Shown piece by piece: positions 32,871 to 47,141 of a DNA stretch of 64,000 nt. Under the pieces are notes generated by a model. The model made no database searches. It was not told the origin of the DNA and saw only the letters and a program-made list of their open reading frames with translations. Each line of letters starts with the position of its first letter. The stretch's first letter is position 1. Both the position numbers and the translations under genes were made by a program. Source of the stretch: the human T2T-CHM13v2.0 reference genome, Homo sapiens; the NCBI RefSeq assembly GCF_009914755.1, contig NC_060932.1; one strand, written 5' to 3'.

Positions 32871-35800
32871 GTTTATTTATTTTATTAATCTATTTATTTA
32901 TTTTTATTATTTATTTATTTTTGTTTTAAGTTCTGGGGTACATGTGCAGAATGTGCAGGTTTGTTACATAGGTATACATGTGCCATGTTGGTTTGCTGCA
33001 CATATTATCCCATCATCTAGGTTTTAAGCCCCGCATGCATTAGCTGTTTGTCCTAATGCTCTTGTCCCCTTGCCCCTGATGCCCCAACAGGCCCCAGAGT
33101 GTGATGATCCCCTCCCTGTGTCCATGTGTTCTCTTTGTTCAACTCCCATTTATGAGTGAGAACATGCAGTGTTTGGATTTCTCTTCCTGTGTTAGTTTGC
33201 TGAGAATGATGGTTTCCAGCTTCATCCATGTCCCTGCAAAGAACATGAACTCATTCTTTTTTATGGCTGCATAGTATTCCATGGCATATATGGGCCACAT
33301 TTTCTTTATCCAGTCTATCATTGATGAGCATTTGGGTTGTTTCCAAGTGTTTGCTATAGGAAATAGTGCTGCAATAAACATACATGTGCATGTCTTTATA
33401 GTAGAATGATTTATAATCGTTTGGGTATATACCCAGTAATGGGATTGCTGGGTCAAATGATATTTCTAGTTCTAGATCCTTGAGGAATCACCACACTGTC
33501 CACAATAGTTGAACTAATTTACACTCCCACCAGCAGTGTAAAAGCATTCTTATTTCTCCAGATACTCTCCAGCATCTGTTGTTTCTTGACTTTTTAATGG
33601 TCACCATTCTAATTGGTGTGAGTTGGTATCTCATTGTGGTTTTGATTTGCATTTGTCTAATGACCAGTTATGATGAGTTTTTTTTCATATGTTTGTTGGC
33701 CACATGTCTTCTTTTGAGAAGTGTCTGTTCATATCCTTCACTGACTTTTTGATGGGATTTTTTTTTCTTGTAAATTTAAGTTTCTTGTAGATTCTGGATA
33801 TTAGCCCTTTGTCAGATGGATAGACTGCAAAAATTTTCTCTCATTCTGTAGGTTGCCTGTTCACGCTGATGATAGTTTCTTTTGCTGTGCAGAGCCTCTT
33901 TAGTTTAATTAGATCCCATTTGTCAATTTTGGCTTTTGTAGCAATTGCTTTTGGTGTTTTAGTCATGAAGACTTTGCCCATGCCTATGTCCTGAATGGTA
34001 TTGCCTAGGTTTTCTTCTAGGGTTTTTATGGTTTTAGGTTTTAGGTTTAAGTCTTTAATCCATCTTGAGTTAATTTTTGTATAATGTTTAAGGAAGGGAT
34101 CAAGTTTCAGTTTTCTGCATAAGGCTAGCCAGTTTCCCAACACCATTTATTAAATAGGGAATCCTTTCCTCTTTGCTTGTTTTTGTCAAAGATCAGATGG
34201 TTGTAGACCTGTGGTGTTATTTCTGAGGCCTCTGTCCTGATCCATTGTTCTATATATCTGTTTTGGTACCAGTCATGTTGTTTTGGTTACTGTAGCCTTG
34301 TAGTATAGTTTGAAGCCAGGTAGCATGATGTCTCCAGCTTTGATCTTTTTGCTTAGGATTGTCTTGGCTATATGGGCTTTTTTTAATTCCATATTAAATT
34401 TCAAGTAGTTTTTTGTAATTCTGTAAAGAAAGTCAGTGGTACCTTGATGGTTATTCAAATAACATTGAATCTATAAATTACTTTGGGCAGCATGGCCATT
34501 TTCACGATACTGAATCTTCCTATCCATGAGCATGGAATGATTTTTCCATTTGTTTGTGTCCTCTTTTATTTCCTTGAACAGTGGTTTGTAGTTCTTTTTG
34601 AAGAGGTCCTTTGCATGCCTTGTAAATTGTATTCCTAGGCATTTTATTCTCTTTGTAGCAATTGTGAATGGTAGTTCATTCATGATTGGGCTCTCTGTTT
34701 GTCTATTATTGGTGTATAGGAATGCTTGTGATTTTTGCACATTGATTTTGTATCCTGAGACTTTGCTGAAGTTGCTTATCAGCTTAACGAGTTTTTGGGC
34801 TGAGACAAGGGGTATTCTAAATATACAATCATGTCACCTGCAAACAGAGACAATTTGACTTCCTGTCTTCCCATTTGAATACCCTTTATTTCTTTCTCTT
34901 GCCTGATTGCTCTGGCCAGAACTTCCAATACTATGTTGAATAGGAGTGGTGAGAGAGGGCATCCTTGTCTTGTGCTGGTTTTCAAAGGGAATGCTTCCAG
35001 CTTTTGCCCATTCAGTATGATATTGGCTATGGATATGCCATAAATAGCTCTTATTATTTTGAGATATGTTTCATCAATACCTAGTTTATTGAGTGTTTTT
35101 AGCATGAAGGGGTGTTGAATTGTATTGAAGGCCTTTTCTGCATCTGTTGAGATAATCATATGGTTTTTGTCATTGGTTCTGTTTACGTGACTAATTATGT
35201 TTATTGATTTGCGTATGTTGAACCAGCTGTTCATCCCAGGGATGAAGCTGACTTGATCGTGGTAGATAAGCTTTTTGATGTGCTGCTGGATACAGTTTGC
35301 CAGTATTTTATTGAGGATTTCTGCATCGATGTTCATCAGGGATATTGGCCTGAAATTTTCTTTTCTTTTTGTTGTGTCTCTGCCATGTTTTGGTGACAGG
35401 ATGATGCTTGCCTATAAAATGAGTTAGGGAGGAGTCCCTCTTTTCTATTGTTTGGAATAGTTCCCCAAGGAATGGTACCAGCTCCTCTTTGTACCTCTGG
35501 TAGAATTCAACTGTGAATCCCTCTTGTCCTGGGCTTTGTTCGGTTGGTAGGCTCTTAATTACTTCCTCAATTTCAAAACTTGTTATTGGTCTATTCAGGG
35601 ATTTGACTTCTTCCCAGTTTCGTCTTGGGAGGGCGTGTGTGTCCAGGAATTTATCCATTTCTTCAAGATTTTCTAGTTTATTTGCATAGAGGTGTTTATA
35701 GTATTCTCTGAGGGAAGTTTGTAGTTTTGTGTGATCAGTGGTGATATCCCCTTTATCATTTTTTATTGTGTCTATTTGATTCTTCTCTCTTTTCTTCTTT

Positions 35801-38800
35801 ATTAGTCTTGCTAGTGGTGTATCTATTTTGTTAATCTTTTCAAAAAACCACCTTCTGGATTCATTGATTTTTTTGAACGGTTTTTCGTTTCTCTATCTCC
35901 TTCAGTTCTGCTCTGAGCTTAGTTATTTCTTGTCTTCTGCTAGCTTTTGAATTTGTTTGCTCTTGCTTTTCTAGTTCTTTTAATTGTGATATTAGGGTGT
36001 TGATTTTAGATTTTTCTCAGTTTCTGATGTGAGCATTTAGTGCTATCAATTTCCCTCCAAACACTGTTTTAGCTGTGTCCCAGAGATTCTGGTATGTTGT
36101 GTCTTTGCTCTCATTGGTTTCAAATAACTTATTTATTTCTGTCTTTATTTTGTTATTTACCCAGTAGTCATTCAGCAGCAGGTTGTTCAGTTTCCATGTA
36201 GTTTTGCAGTTTTGAGTGAGTTTCTTAATCCTGAGTTCTAATTTGATTGCACTATGGTCTGAGAGACTGTTTGTTATGATTTCCATTCTTTTGCATTTCC
36301 TGAGGAGGGTTTCGCTTCCAATTATGTTGTCGATTTTAGAATAAGTGCTGTGTGGTGCTGAGAAGAATGTATATTCTGTTGATTTGGGGTGGAGAATTGT
36401 GTAGATGTCTATTAGGTCCTCTTGGTCCAGAGCTGAGTTCAAGTCCTGAATATCCTTGTTAATTTTCTGTCTCATTGATCTAATATTGACAGTGGGGTAT
36501 AAAGTCTCCCACTGTTATTGTGTGGGAGTCTAAGTCTCTTTGTACATCTCTAAGAACTTGCTTTATGAATCTGGATGCTCCTGAATTGGGTGCATATATA
36601 TTTAGGATAGTTAGGTCTTCTTGTTGCATTGATCCCTTTACCAATATGTAATGCCCTTCTTTGTCTTTTTTGATATTTGTTGGTTTAAAGTCTATTTTAT
36701 CAGAGACTAGCATTGCAACCCCTGATTTTTTTTTTTTGCTTTCCATTTGCTTGGTAAATATTCCTCCATCCCTTTATTTTGAGCCTATGTGTGCACATGA
36801 GGCTGGGTCTCCTGAATATGGCACATGGATGGGTCTTGACTTTTTATCCAACTTGCCAGTTTGTGTCTTTTAATTGGAGCATTTAGCCCATTTACATTTA
36901 AGGTTAATACTATTATGTGTGAATTTGATCCTGTCATCATGATGCTAGCTGGTTATTTTGCACATTAGTTGATGCAGTTTCTTCATAGTGTCATAGGTCT
37001 TTATAATTTCGTGTGTTTTTGCAGTGGCTAGTACCAGCTTTTCCTTTCCATATTTAGTGCTTCCTTCAGGAGCTCTTGTAAGGTATGCCTGGTGGTGACA
37101 AAATCCCTCAGCATTTGCTTGTCTGTAAAGAATTTTATTTCTCCTTTACTTATGAAACTTAGTTTGGCTGGGTATGAATTTCTGAGTTAAAAATTCTTTT
37201 ATTTAAAATGTTGAATATTGGCTCCCACTGTGTTCTGGCTTGTAGGGTTTCTGCAGAGAGATCTGTTGTTAGTCTGATGGGCTTCTCTTTGTAGATGACC
37301 TGGCCTTTCTCTCTGGCTGCCCTTAACATTTTTTCCTTCATTTCAACCTTGGAGAATCTGATGGTTATGTGTCTTGTGGTTGCTCTTCTTGAGGATATCT
37401 TAGGGGTATACTCTGTATTTCCCGAATTTGAATGTTGGCCTGTCTTGCTAGGTTGGGGAAGTTCTCCTGGATAATATCCTGAAATTTTTTTTTTTACTTT
37501 GCTTCCATTCTCTTCATCATTTTCAGATACACCAGTGAATCGTAGGTTTGGTCTTTTCACAGAGTCCCATATTTCTTGGAGGCTTTGTTCATTCCTTTTC
37601 ATTTTGTTTTCTCTAATCTTGTCTTCATGCCTTATTTCTTTAAGTTGATCTTCAAACTCTGATATTGTTCCTTCTGCTTGATTGATTTGGCTATTGATAC
37701 TTGTGTATGCTGCATGAAGTTCTTGTGCTGTGTTTTTCAGCTCCATCAGTTCATTTATGTTCTTCTCTAAACTGATTATTCTAGTTAGCAGTTCCTGTAA
37801 TCTGTTATCAAGGTTCTTAGCTTCCTTGCGTTGCATTAAAACATGCTCCTTTAGCTCAGAGGAGTTTATTGTTACCCACCTTCTGAAGCCTACTTCTGTC
37901 AATTCGTCAAACTCATTCTCATTCTCTGTCCTGTTTTGTGCCCTTGCTGGAGAGGAGCCACGATCCTTTGTAAGAGAAGAGATATTTTGGCTTTTGGAAT
38001 TTTCAGCATTTTTGTGCTGGTTATTCCTCATCTTCGTGGATTTATCTACCTTTGCTCTTTGATGCTGATGACCTTTGGATGTGGTTTTTGGTTGGGTGTC
38101 CTTTTTGTTGATGTTGATGTTGATTTTATTGCTTTCTGTTTGTTAGTTTTTTCTTTTAACAGTCAGGCCCCTCTTCTTCAGATCTGCTGGAGTTTTCTGG
38201 AGGTCCAGTCCAGACCCTGTTTTCCTGGGTATCACCAGCGGAGGCTGCAGAACAGCAAAGATTGCTGCCTGCTCCTTCCTCCAGAAGCTTTGTCCCAGAG
38301 GGGCACCAGCCTTATGTCAGCTGGAGCTCTACTGTATGAGGTGTCTGTCAACCCCTGCTGGGATGCGCCTCCCAGTCAGGAGGCACAGGAGTCAGGGACC
38401 CACTTGAGGAGGCAGTCTGTCCCTTATCAGAGCTTAAACAATGTGCTGGGAGATCCACTGCTCTCTTCAGAGCCAGTAGGTGGGAACTTTTTTTTTTTTT
38501 TTTTTGAGACGGAGTGTCGCTCTGTGGCCCAGGCGGGAGTGCAGTGGCGGTGGAAACGTTTTTAAGTCCGCTGAAACTGCACCCACAACCACCCCTTTAC
38601 CGAGGTGTTCTGTCCCAGGGAGATGGGAATTTTATCCGTAAGCCCCTGACTGGGGCTGCTGCCTTTTCTTCGGAGATGCCCTGCCCAGTGAGAAGGAATC
38701 TAGAGAGGCACTCTGGCCACAGCCATTTTGCTGTGCTGTGGTGAGTTCTGCCCAGTCTGAACTTCTGGGCTTCCTCAACACTGTCAGGGGAAAGCCGCCT

Positions 38801-39444
38801 ACTGAAGCCTCAGTAATGGCGCACGCCTCTCCCTGCACCAAGCTTGATCATCCAGGTCGACTTCAGACTGCTATGCTGGCAGCGAGAATTTCAAGTCAGT
38901 GGTTCTTAGCTTGCTGGGCTCCCTGGGTGTAGGACCCACTGAGTGAGACCACTTGGCTCCCTGGCTTCAGTTCCCTTTCCAGGGGAGTGAACAGTTCTGT
39001 CTTGCTGGTGTTCCAAGTGCCACTGGGGTAGGAAAAAAAAAAAAAAACTCCTGCAGCTAGCTTGGTGTCTGCCCAAATAGCTGCCCAGTTTTGTGCTTGA
39101 AACCCCAGGGCCCTGGTGGTGTAGGCACATGAAGGTTCTCCTGGTCTACGGGTTGCAAAAACCGTGGGAAAAAGCATAGTATCTGGGCCTGATAGCACAG
39201 TCCCTCACGGCTTCCCTTGGCTAGGGGAGGGAGGTCCCTGGCCCCTTGCACTTCATGGGTGAGGTGACAACCCACCCTGCTTCTGCTCGCTCTCCATGGT
39301 CTGCACTCACTGTCTAACCAGTCCCAATGAGATGAACTGGTACCTCAGTTGGAAATGCAGAAATCACCCACCTTCTGCATTGGTCTTGTTGGGAGCTGCA
39401 GACCGGAGCTTTTCATATTTGGCCATCTTAGTCTGGGTTTTCTT
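32871..39444 (-). mobile_element. Full-length L1PA7/8-like LINE-1, fragmented ORFs
   Basis: 3'UTR, ORF2 and ORF1 remnants, long 5'UTR ending ggccatctt; TSD tttttgggtatcttt at 32856-32870 and 39445-39459. Confidence 0.93.
38488..38549 (-). mobile_element. Severely 5'-truncated AluY-type insertion (~44 bp + A18)
   Basis: T18-gagacggagtgtcgctctgtggcccaggcgggagtgcagtggcg; imperfect TSD ggtgggaac / ggtggaaac. Confidence 0.85.
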
Positions 39445-40198
39445 TTTTTGGGTATCTTTATAGCAGCACCCCACTTCTGTTACCAATTTACTGTATTAGT
39501 ATGTTCTCATGCTGCTATAAAAAGCTGGCTGAGATTGGGTAATTTATAAAGAAGTTTAATCGACTCACAGTTCTGCAATGCTGGTAGGGGCCTCAGGAAA
39601 CTTACAATCATGGCAGACGGGGAAGCAAACACATCCTTCTTTACGTGGCACCAGGAAGAAAAATGAGAGCAAAGTGAAGGCAGAGGCCCTTTATGAAACC
39701 ATCAGATCTCATGAGAACTTACTATCATGAGAATAGCATGGGGGAAACTTCCCCTGTGATTCAATTACCTCCCTCCGGGTCCCTCCCATGACATGTCGGA
39801 ATTATGGGATTACAATTCAAGATGAGATTTGGGTGGGGACGCAAAGCCAAACCATATCATAAGGCAAACACCAAATATTTATTTACCAGAAATTGTGATG
39901 TTGCTCTTTTGGGTGGATGGGGGAAGGAAAGGAAAATGGAAGAAATGTGTGTATATATGTGTGTATGTGTTAACATTTCCTCTTTCCAAATAGGAAATCA
40001 ATAAACAGTGTACAAAATAAATTCAGCACAATATATATTTTATTTATAAATATGACAATAGATGTCAGGAGAAAATCTAGAAGAGTTGTAGTGATTTCTT
40101 CTGGGGGTTACAATTGAGGGGTGAGGAGATGTAGAGCAAGGTACTGCCATTTTTCTTATATACTCTGTAGAACTTTTTGACTTTTAAAAAACGATGTA

Positions 40199-41821
40199 CG
40201 AGAGGACTTAAAAAAGTTCATGGGGCTGGGTGTGGTGGCTCATGGCTGTAATCCCAGCACTTTGGGAGGCTGAGGCGAGCAGATCACTTAAGGTCAGGAG
40301 TTCAAGACCAGCCTGTCCAACATTGTGAAACCCTGTCTCTACTAAAAATACAAAAATTAGCTGGGCATGGTATTGGTCGCCTGTAATACCAGCTACTCAG
40401 GAGGCTGAGGCAGGAGAGTCAATTGAACCCAGGAGGCGGAGGTTGTAGTGAGCCTAGATTGCATCACTGTACTCTAGCCTGGATGACACAGTGAGACTCC
40501 ATCTCAACAACAACAAAACAACAACAAAAACAACAACAAAAAGTTCATGGAAAATGCATATTATGAAAAAAACTACAAATGGATTTTACATTTTCTTTCT
40601 ACCCAGATAAACTCAATCTAACTTGTTATAATGTGTCTGAGCAGAATCCAATTTGAGGCACTAAGAAGGACAAGGTAGCAGTTTGGAAAGTGCCCCATCA
40701 CAGCAATATGAATTCTGTTAATATTAAAAATGAAGCAAGAACACACATCAAATTTATGGTTAAGCTTGGTTGGAAGAATGGTGAAATCATTGATACTTTG
40801 TAAATACATTATGGGGACAATGCCCCAAAGAAATCAGCAGCTTACAAATATATAGCTCATTTTAAGAATGGATGAAACAATGTTGAATACCTTAGTGGCA
40901 GATCATCCGCGTCAATTCATGAAGAAAAAATTAATTTTGTTCGTGCCTGAATTGCAGAGGACTGACAATTAACAGCAGAAACATTTATAGCCCACACTGT
41001 AGACCTCTTACTTGGTTCAGCACACAGAGTTCTGAATGAAAAATTACAGTTGAGCAAACTTTTCACTCAATGGGTGCCCAAACTCTTGCACCCAGATTAG
41101 CTGCAGGTAAGAATAGAGCATTCAATGAAAATTTTAAACAAATGGTATTAAGATCCTGAAGCATTTCTTTGAAGAACTGTAACAGGAGATGAAACATGGC
41201 TTTACCAGTATGATTCTGAGGACAAATTACAATCAAAGCAATGGCTACCAAGAGGTGGAAGTGGTCCAGTCAAAGCAAGAGTGGATTGGTCAAGAGCAAA
41301 GGTACCAAAGAGTTTTTTGGGATGCTCAAGACATTTAGCTCGTTGACTTTCTGGAGGGCCAAAGAACAATAACATTTGCTTCTGGTGAGTATTTTGAGAA
41401 AGTTAGCTAAAGCTTTAGCAGAAAAAAGCCCAAGGAAGCTTCACCAGAGAGTCCATCTCCATCATGGCAATGCTCCTGCTCCTCCTCTCATCAAACAAAG
41501 GCAATTTTGTGAGAGTTTTGATGGGAAATCATTAGACATCCACCTTACAGTCCTGATTTGGATTTTTCTGACTTCTTTTTGTTTCCTTAAAAAAATCTGT
41601 TAAAAGGCACCCATTTTTCTTAAGTTAATAATATAAAAAAGACTGCATTGACATGGTTAAATTTCCAGGACCCTCGATTCTTTTGGGATGGACTATATGG
41701 CTGGTATTATGGTTTATAGAAATGTCTTGATCTTGATGGAGCTTATGTTAAAAAATTAAGTTTATATTTTTTGTTTTTATCTTTTAGTTCCATTTTCCAT
41801 GAACTTCTGGAAGTCCCTTTG
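40199..41821 (+). mobile_element. HSMAR2 mariner DNA transposon, full length, dead transposase
   Basis: TIRs cgagaggacttaaaaaagttcatgg[Alu]aaaatg and cattttccatgaacttctggaagtccctttg. Transposase remnants from ATG 40708 (ARTHIKFMVKLGWKNGEIID), WVPKL, TGDETWLYQYD, HHGNAPA, YSPDL. Confidence 0.92.
40224..40537 (+). mobile_element. AluSx-like element inserted in the left HSMAR2 TIR
   Basis: TSD aaaaagttcatgg at 40211-40223 and 40538-40550. Confidence 0.93.
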
Positions 41822-41912
41822 TTTATGTGTTAATTTGATAAAAATCAAAACATTATAAAAAAGATATGGGGCAATTTAGGGGAAAATTATATTTTAACTA
41901 AAATATTTTTGA

Positions 41913-42296
<384 letters not shown>

Positions 42297-45200
42297 TGTG
42301 GATCAGGGTTTTAAAGGACAACTTAGTGGGTAGGGGAAGCCCGTGAGCTGGGAGTGCCGATTGGTCAGGTCAGTGATGAAATCATAGGGAGGAGAAACTG
42401 TCTTCTTGTACTGAATCAGTTCTTGGGTGGGGGCTACGAGATCAGATGAGTCAGTTTATCGATCTGGGTAGTGCCACCTGATCCATTAAGTGCAGGTCTG
42501 CAAAATATCTCAAGCACTGATCTTAGGAGCAGTTCAGGTAGGGTCAGAATCTTGTAGCTTTCAGCTGCATGACTCCTAAACTATAATTTCTAATCTCGTG
42601 GCTAATTTGTTAGTCCTACAAAGGCAGTCTAACCTCCAGGCAAGAAAGAGGCTTGTTTTGGGAAAAGCCTGTTATCTTTTTTTAAACTAGAAACTAGAAA
42701 CTATGTTCCTCCCAAAGTTAGATCAACCTATGCCCAGGAATGAACAAGGAGAGCTTGGAGGTTAGAAGCAAGATGGAGTTGGTTAGGTCAGGTCTCTTTC
42801 ACTGTCTAAGGTGTAATTTTGCAATGGTGGTTTCAATCCCTCTCTTTAGGTTTTATAACTCTTAATCTTAAGGTGTTGGCTAATGAAGATGGAAAAAGGG
42901 CGAAGACTTCTCTAACTTCTTCCTGCTGATCAGGGGCATAGTGGGGGTAGGTGCTGACCCCAAGGTGAGAGGAGTGGAACCACTTTGCAACTGTCTGATC
43001 ATACTCACACAGGGCAGGCTGGGCTTCCAAGGCTTGCATGTTAAAGGCGTTAGTATTGTCATTTATAGTTTTAGTACAGCATTTAAGGGAATAGTATACT
43101 ATAAGGTAAATGATGACTCTAGGACAAGGAGTGCAGTTCCCAGTTTTAAAAGTAAAAATCTGAGAGCATTAGTTTGGGAACTTGTAGCCCACAAAGAATT
43201 TAGGATTTTGTCCAAACTGCAGAAAAAAACTCAAGAACAGCTAACAACAGGTGTACTATAGTTTTTTCTTTTGAAGCATAATTTTTCTCTCTCCAGTCCC
43301 CATTTTTATTAAAAGCAAATCATGATAGAACTAATTTGTTTACAAAATGAACTTTAGTCTTATTGTAATTGGCCTAATTATTGCATACGGTGCAGCAAGA
43401 TTATTTTTCACATAGGCTTTTTAAAATTGATTTTGGTGAACTCTGTTCCATAAGGAATCTCGGATAAGATATTTTAAAGCCGAGCACAGCCGTGGGCTTG
43501 TACCTCAAATACCTATGAGTTGGGAAAATTCCTCTCCTCTTGAGGTCCCAGGATAACTCGGGGCTCCTAGGCCTGTTAGAAAGTGACATTCTTTACTTAC
43601 CACAGATCAGGAACCTTGTACAGGGACTGTGTGGACAGAGTATGAGGCCAGATTTCCCAAGGGGCTGTTATTGGCTCTATAAGTCAACCTCGATTATTTA
43701 AAGAAAGTATGCCATTCCAGTCAAAGCCTTGGTAAAATAACCAGTTTCTCCAATTGTGTCCAGTTACAAAAGAAAACAGATTCTTATGGCACTTATGCAA
43801 ATAACTATACTGCCGTAAGTTGAGAATACTCACAAATAGTTTCCAAGGTAGAGAGACAAATATGCTCCAAATTTTGTTCATAGGAATGTATTTTACTAAA
43901 TTGTTAAAAGCTATAAATATCTCAAAAGAAAAGTTTTCTTGGCTCTGGAAAACAAAAAGGATCAGCAGTGTTTTATGCAAAAAAGTAAGAAAAAGATTAC
44001 TTTAGTCTTCTAATAGTTCAGTTAACTCCTGTTCTGCTTGATATTCATGAACATTTCAACTCTCTGCGGGAGTCTTGGAAGTTTTTTCTCTTTATTCTAA
44101 TGTCATAAATTCCAAAGTTATAAGAAATTTGCATTCAAGAGCACCTGTCAAAGTTTTGTAGCTGATTAGGAAACCACCATTTAAAGAGGATCAAAATAAG
44201 GCAACAATTGCCTATGGATGACAAAAAAATCTTAGGGCAGCCATAGTTAAAGACACAATTGACAAGAAAATCTGTTACCTCTGTGGTACACAATAATTTA
44301 ACATAATTATAATTATTAATGACATCATATACTAAGTCATATCAGAATTATAGGAGTGTCACATAATTTTGGAGCATATACCTATAACACATTTACACAA
44401 ATACAGCCCAAAGAAAGCCAAACACCATTTTAAATTTGATAGTGCTTCCTGTATGATTTTTATACCAGATAAGCCAACACATCATTTTTGGACTTCAGGG
44501 GACCTAATGTCTAAAGGATTAATTAGGTCAGAAAGTGACATACTTTATAATTTGATTTTGGAAAGTTTGTCAAATATCAAAGGCTTAAAACACTGGATAT
44601 CACAAAATAGGATCACAGTTTATTTACTTATCCGAGGTGGTAACTTGAAAAAAATATATTTTTTAAGGCAAAACCCTTTACTCTGAAGAGTTTTAGTTTT
44701 CCAAACAAGACCCAATGGAGATAGCATGAGGCCAACTGATACCTTGTCCTTCCTCCCCCTTTTTCCCTGCCATTTACCCAAAGGGGCAAAAAAACCCCTT
44801 TCATTATCTTTTAATATTACATAAAAATCTTTTTCAAATGAGAAAACCAAATTTCATGTTTGCATTAGTGCATCTTCAATGTTAAAGCTAGTTTTTAAAA
44901 TAAAATATTATAAATCTATGTAGTTTAAATTAGTTTGACCATAAGGTAATATTTTTATAAACCTTTTTAGAACCCTTTACAGTTTTCTCCATAGAGCTCT
45001 TTTTTTCTAAAGAAAAATTCTTTTAAATTTCTTATTACCAGACTCTAGCCAGAACTGCCAATAATTCTGGCTTTTGAATTCTACCACAGGTAATTTTCCA
45101 CATGAAATTAATAATTTTTAACTAAGGTTATAAGTTAACCATGGATGCATAAAGTGTTTTAAAGAGATGGTAAGCATTTTTTTTTTAAAATAAGATTTAT

Positions 45201-46649
45201 AATCTCCCCAAGGGTAGTTCAGAGAAAGGAAAATTCAAGACAGGAACTCAGAAGCGATTGTTGAGGGGAAGAAAACCTTAATCTGTGGCAAAGTTACACA
45301 AATAATAAACCAGAGAGAAATTATTCCGGAAGCCAAGAATTGAATCTGGACTGCCATTGTCAAAAAACAAAGCCTTAGCTACTGAGCTACACAGCATTGA
45401 GCAGTTTCTATTGCTGTTCCCAGAAGAAGTCTAAAGCAGCCAATTTCAAGCTTGCAGAGGCTCTTAACTGCTCAAGATAATTTTAGGGCTATGATATGAA
45501 CCATAAAATTACTGTCCTCTGGATGGCAGAAACCAAGGGAAAGTATCCCCACATGGTCACAAAGTTAAGCTCTTAAGGACACAACACAAGATAGAGAAAT
45601 TTCATCCAGTATTGGTGTCAGGGTCCCACAGCAAAGTTTGTAACTGACCAGCCTGCTAGGCTGGCTTTAAAAGCAGCCTTATAGGGGCCCTAAACCATCA
45701 TTGTATCCTGTGATACCTATTACAGAATGACACAGAAAGACAAATTCTTAGCACAAAGCACACCAGATTTGCTACAGCCTAAGACTAGTTTCACAAATCC
45801 TTTTTTCTATCAATCAGACTCATGCAGAGAAGACAAATAGTGATGTCTACCATTTACATACACACACAGAGAAAGAGAGAGAGAGAAAGAGACCAGAAAC
45901 TTGGCTGGTAAGAATTTCATATGCTTTTTTTTTTTGCTGGCATACCAGGTTTCCAGGTTCCTTTTCTCTGCAGCTTCCAGAAGAATGGAGCAACTTTTGA
46001 TGACCCTGCTTGATGTGCCATAGCTGTGGGGTTCAAGCCACTTTACAAAAGCCACCTTTTCTGTTTTATGGAACCATAGACAAAAGATTCTCAATTTTTC
46101 AAGATGTTGCCTAATGGGCTGCATGGGGAACTGAATTAACATTTTCCGTCTAGCAAAATACACGTAACAAAACAAGACACCAGTCACCTCATTCAGCACC
46201 CAATATCAACCTGGCAAAGCTCAAATTTTCTCCTCTTGGTCCCCTGTTGTCTTTGATCTCCTCCAGGTGGGGAAGGATGACCTCTGAATGGTAATTCACA
46301 ATGGGTGATCTCTGGGCAAGGTGAAGAGTGGATAGTCACCCTGAGACAGGTCTGTTGAGCATTCTTTCAGGCTCATGGAATGTAATCAGACAAGGAAAGT
46401 TCTCTGAGTTAGGACTGTGGGACTTCCATCGACAATTCCTTCTGAGATCCCCTCCACATATACAAACATACACTAAGACAAGATGGACAGAAGGCCTTCC
46501 AAATCAGATTCCTAATCAAGAACTCCAAGAGTATCTCTTCTAAACTATCCTCCTATTCTTAGTCTGAGAAATTCTCCCTGAAATTTTCCTGATTAAGGAG
46601 AAGTCTCCTGAACCAAGACTTCCTACTAGTTAGGGAGAGCCAACCACGA

Positions 46650-46940
46650 CTCCCAGGAGCTGAACTGAGACAGACACCCCACAGTGGGGCTATAGACAAA
46701 CCAAGACCCCCGAAGGAGCTGAACTGAGATAGACACCCCATGGTGGAGCTACAAACAGATACCCCACAATGGGGCTGTGGACAGACACCCCATCATGGGG
46801 CTACCGAACCATTTGGGAGAAAGAAGGAGGCATTGGCAATGCCTAGGATACTCACCAAACCAGACACCTTGTAATAGAGTTACAGCTACAGACACTCTGC
46901 CATGGAGCTACAGATACCCTGTGAGGGGGCTACAGTTACG
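46650..46940. repeat. Degenerate tandem repeats in the ERV leader (cagacacccc...ggggcta / ggagcta)
   Basis: About eight imperfect copies read directly. Confidence 0.7.
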
Positions 46941-47123
46941 GGATGTCTCACCAGGACTATTTCCGTATTACAATTAAATCCATGCACATTGGGTGGGCAG
47001 CACCCTGCCAAGAGTAGCAGAGTCAACCCCCAGTCCAAGAGAACTAGGCAGCCACTTGGGCTGGCCTCTGGATCCATTGCCAGAGTGGGGCTATTGAACC
47101 ATGGGCTGGTAGTCACAAGGCCA

Positions 47124-47141
47124 TTCCTGGACGAGCCCCCA
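47124..47141 (-). promoter_or_regulatory. Retroviral primer binding site (tRNA-Pro)
   Basis: Minus strand TGGGGGCTCGTCCAGGAA versus canonical TGGGGGCTCGTCCGGGAT (16/18), 4 nt after the LTR end ...ggttaca. Confidence 0.88.

Larger units (their letters stand above)
30940..39859 (-). mobile_element. Complete THE1 (THE1C/D-like) MaLR element: LTR 30940-31309, internal region, LTR 39492-39859; split by an L1
   Basis: Two homologous LTRs (tgtattagt...ccaaaccatatca), THE1-int ORF remnants (32389-32781), 5-bp TSD TAAGG at 30935-30939 and 39860-39864. Confidence 0.93.

Noticed and set aside
42833-43261. Possible env gene in the ERV
   Set aside because: Only short broken ORFs next to the PPT; no intact gag, pol or env in the internal region.
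46650-46940. Repeat-spacer-like array resembling CRISPR
   Set aside because: Degenerate ERV leader repeats of variable length in mammalian DNA, with no cas genes.
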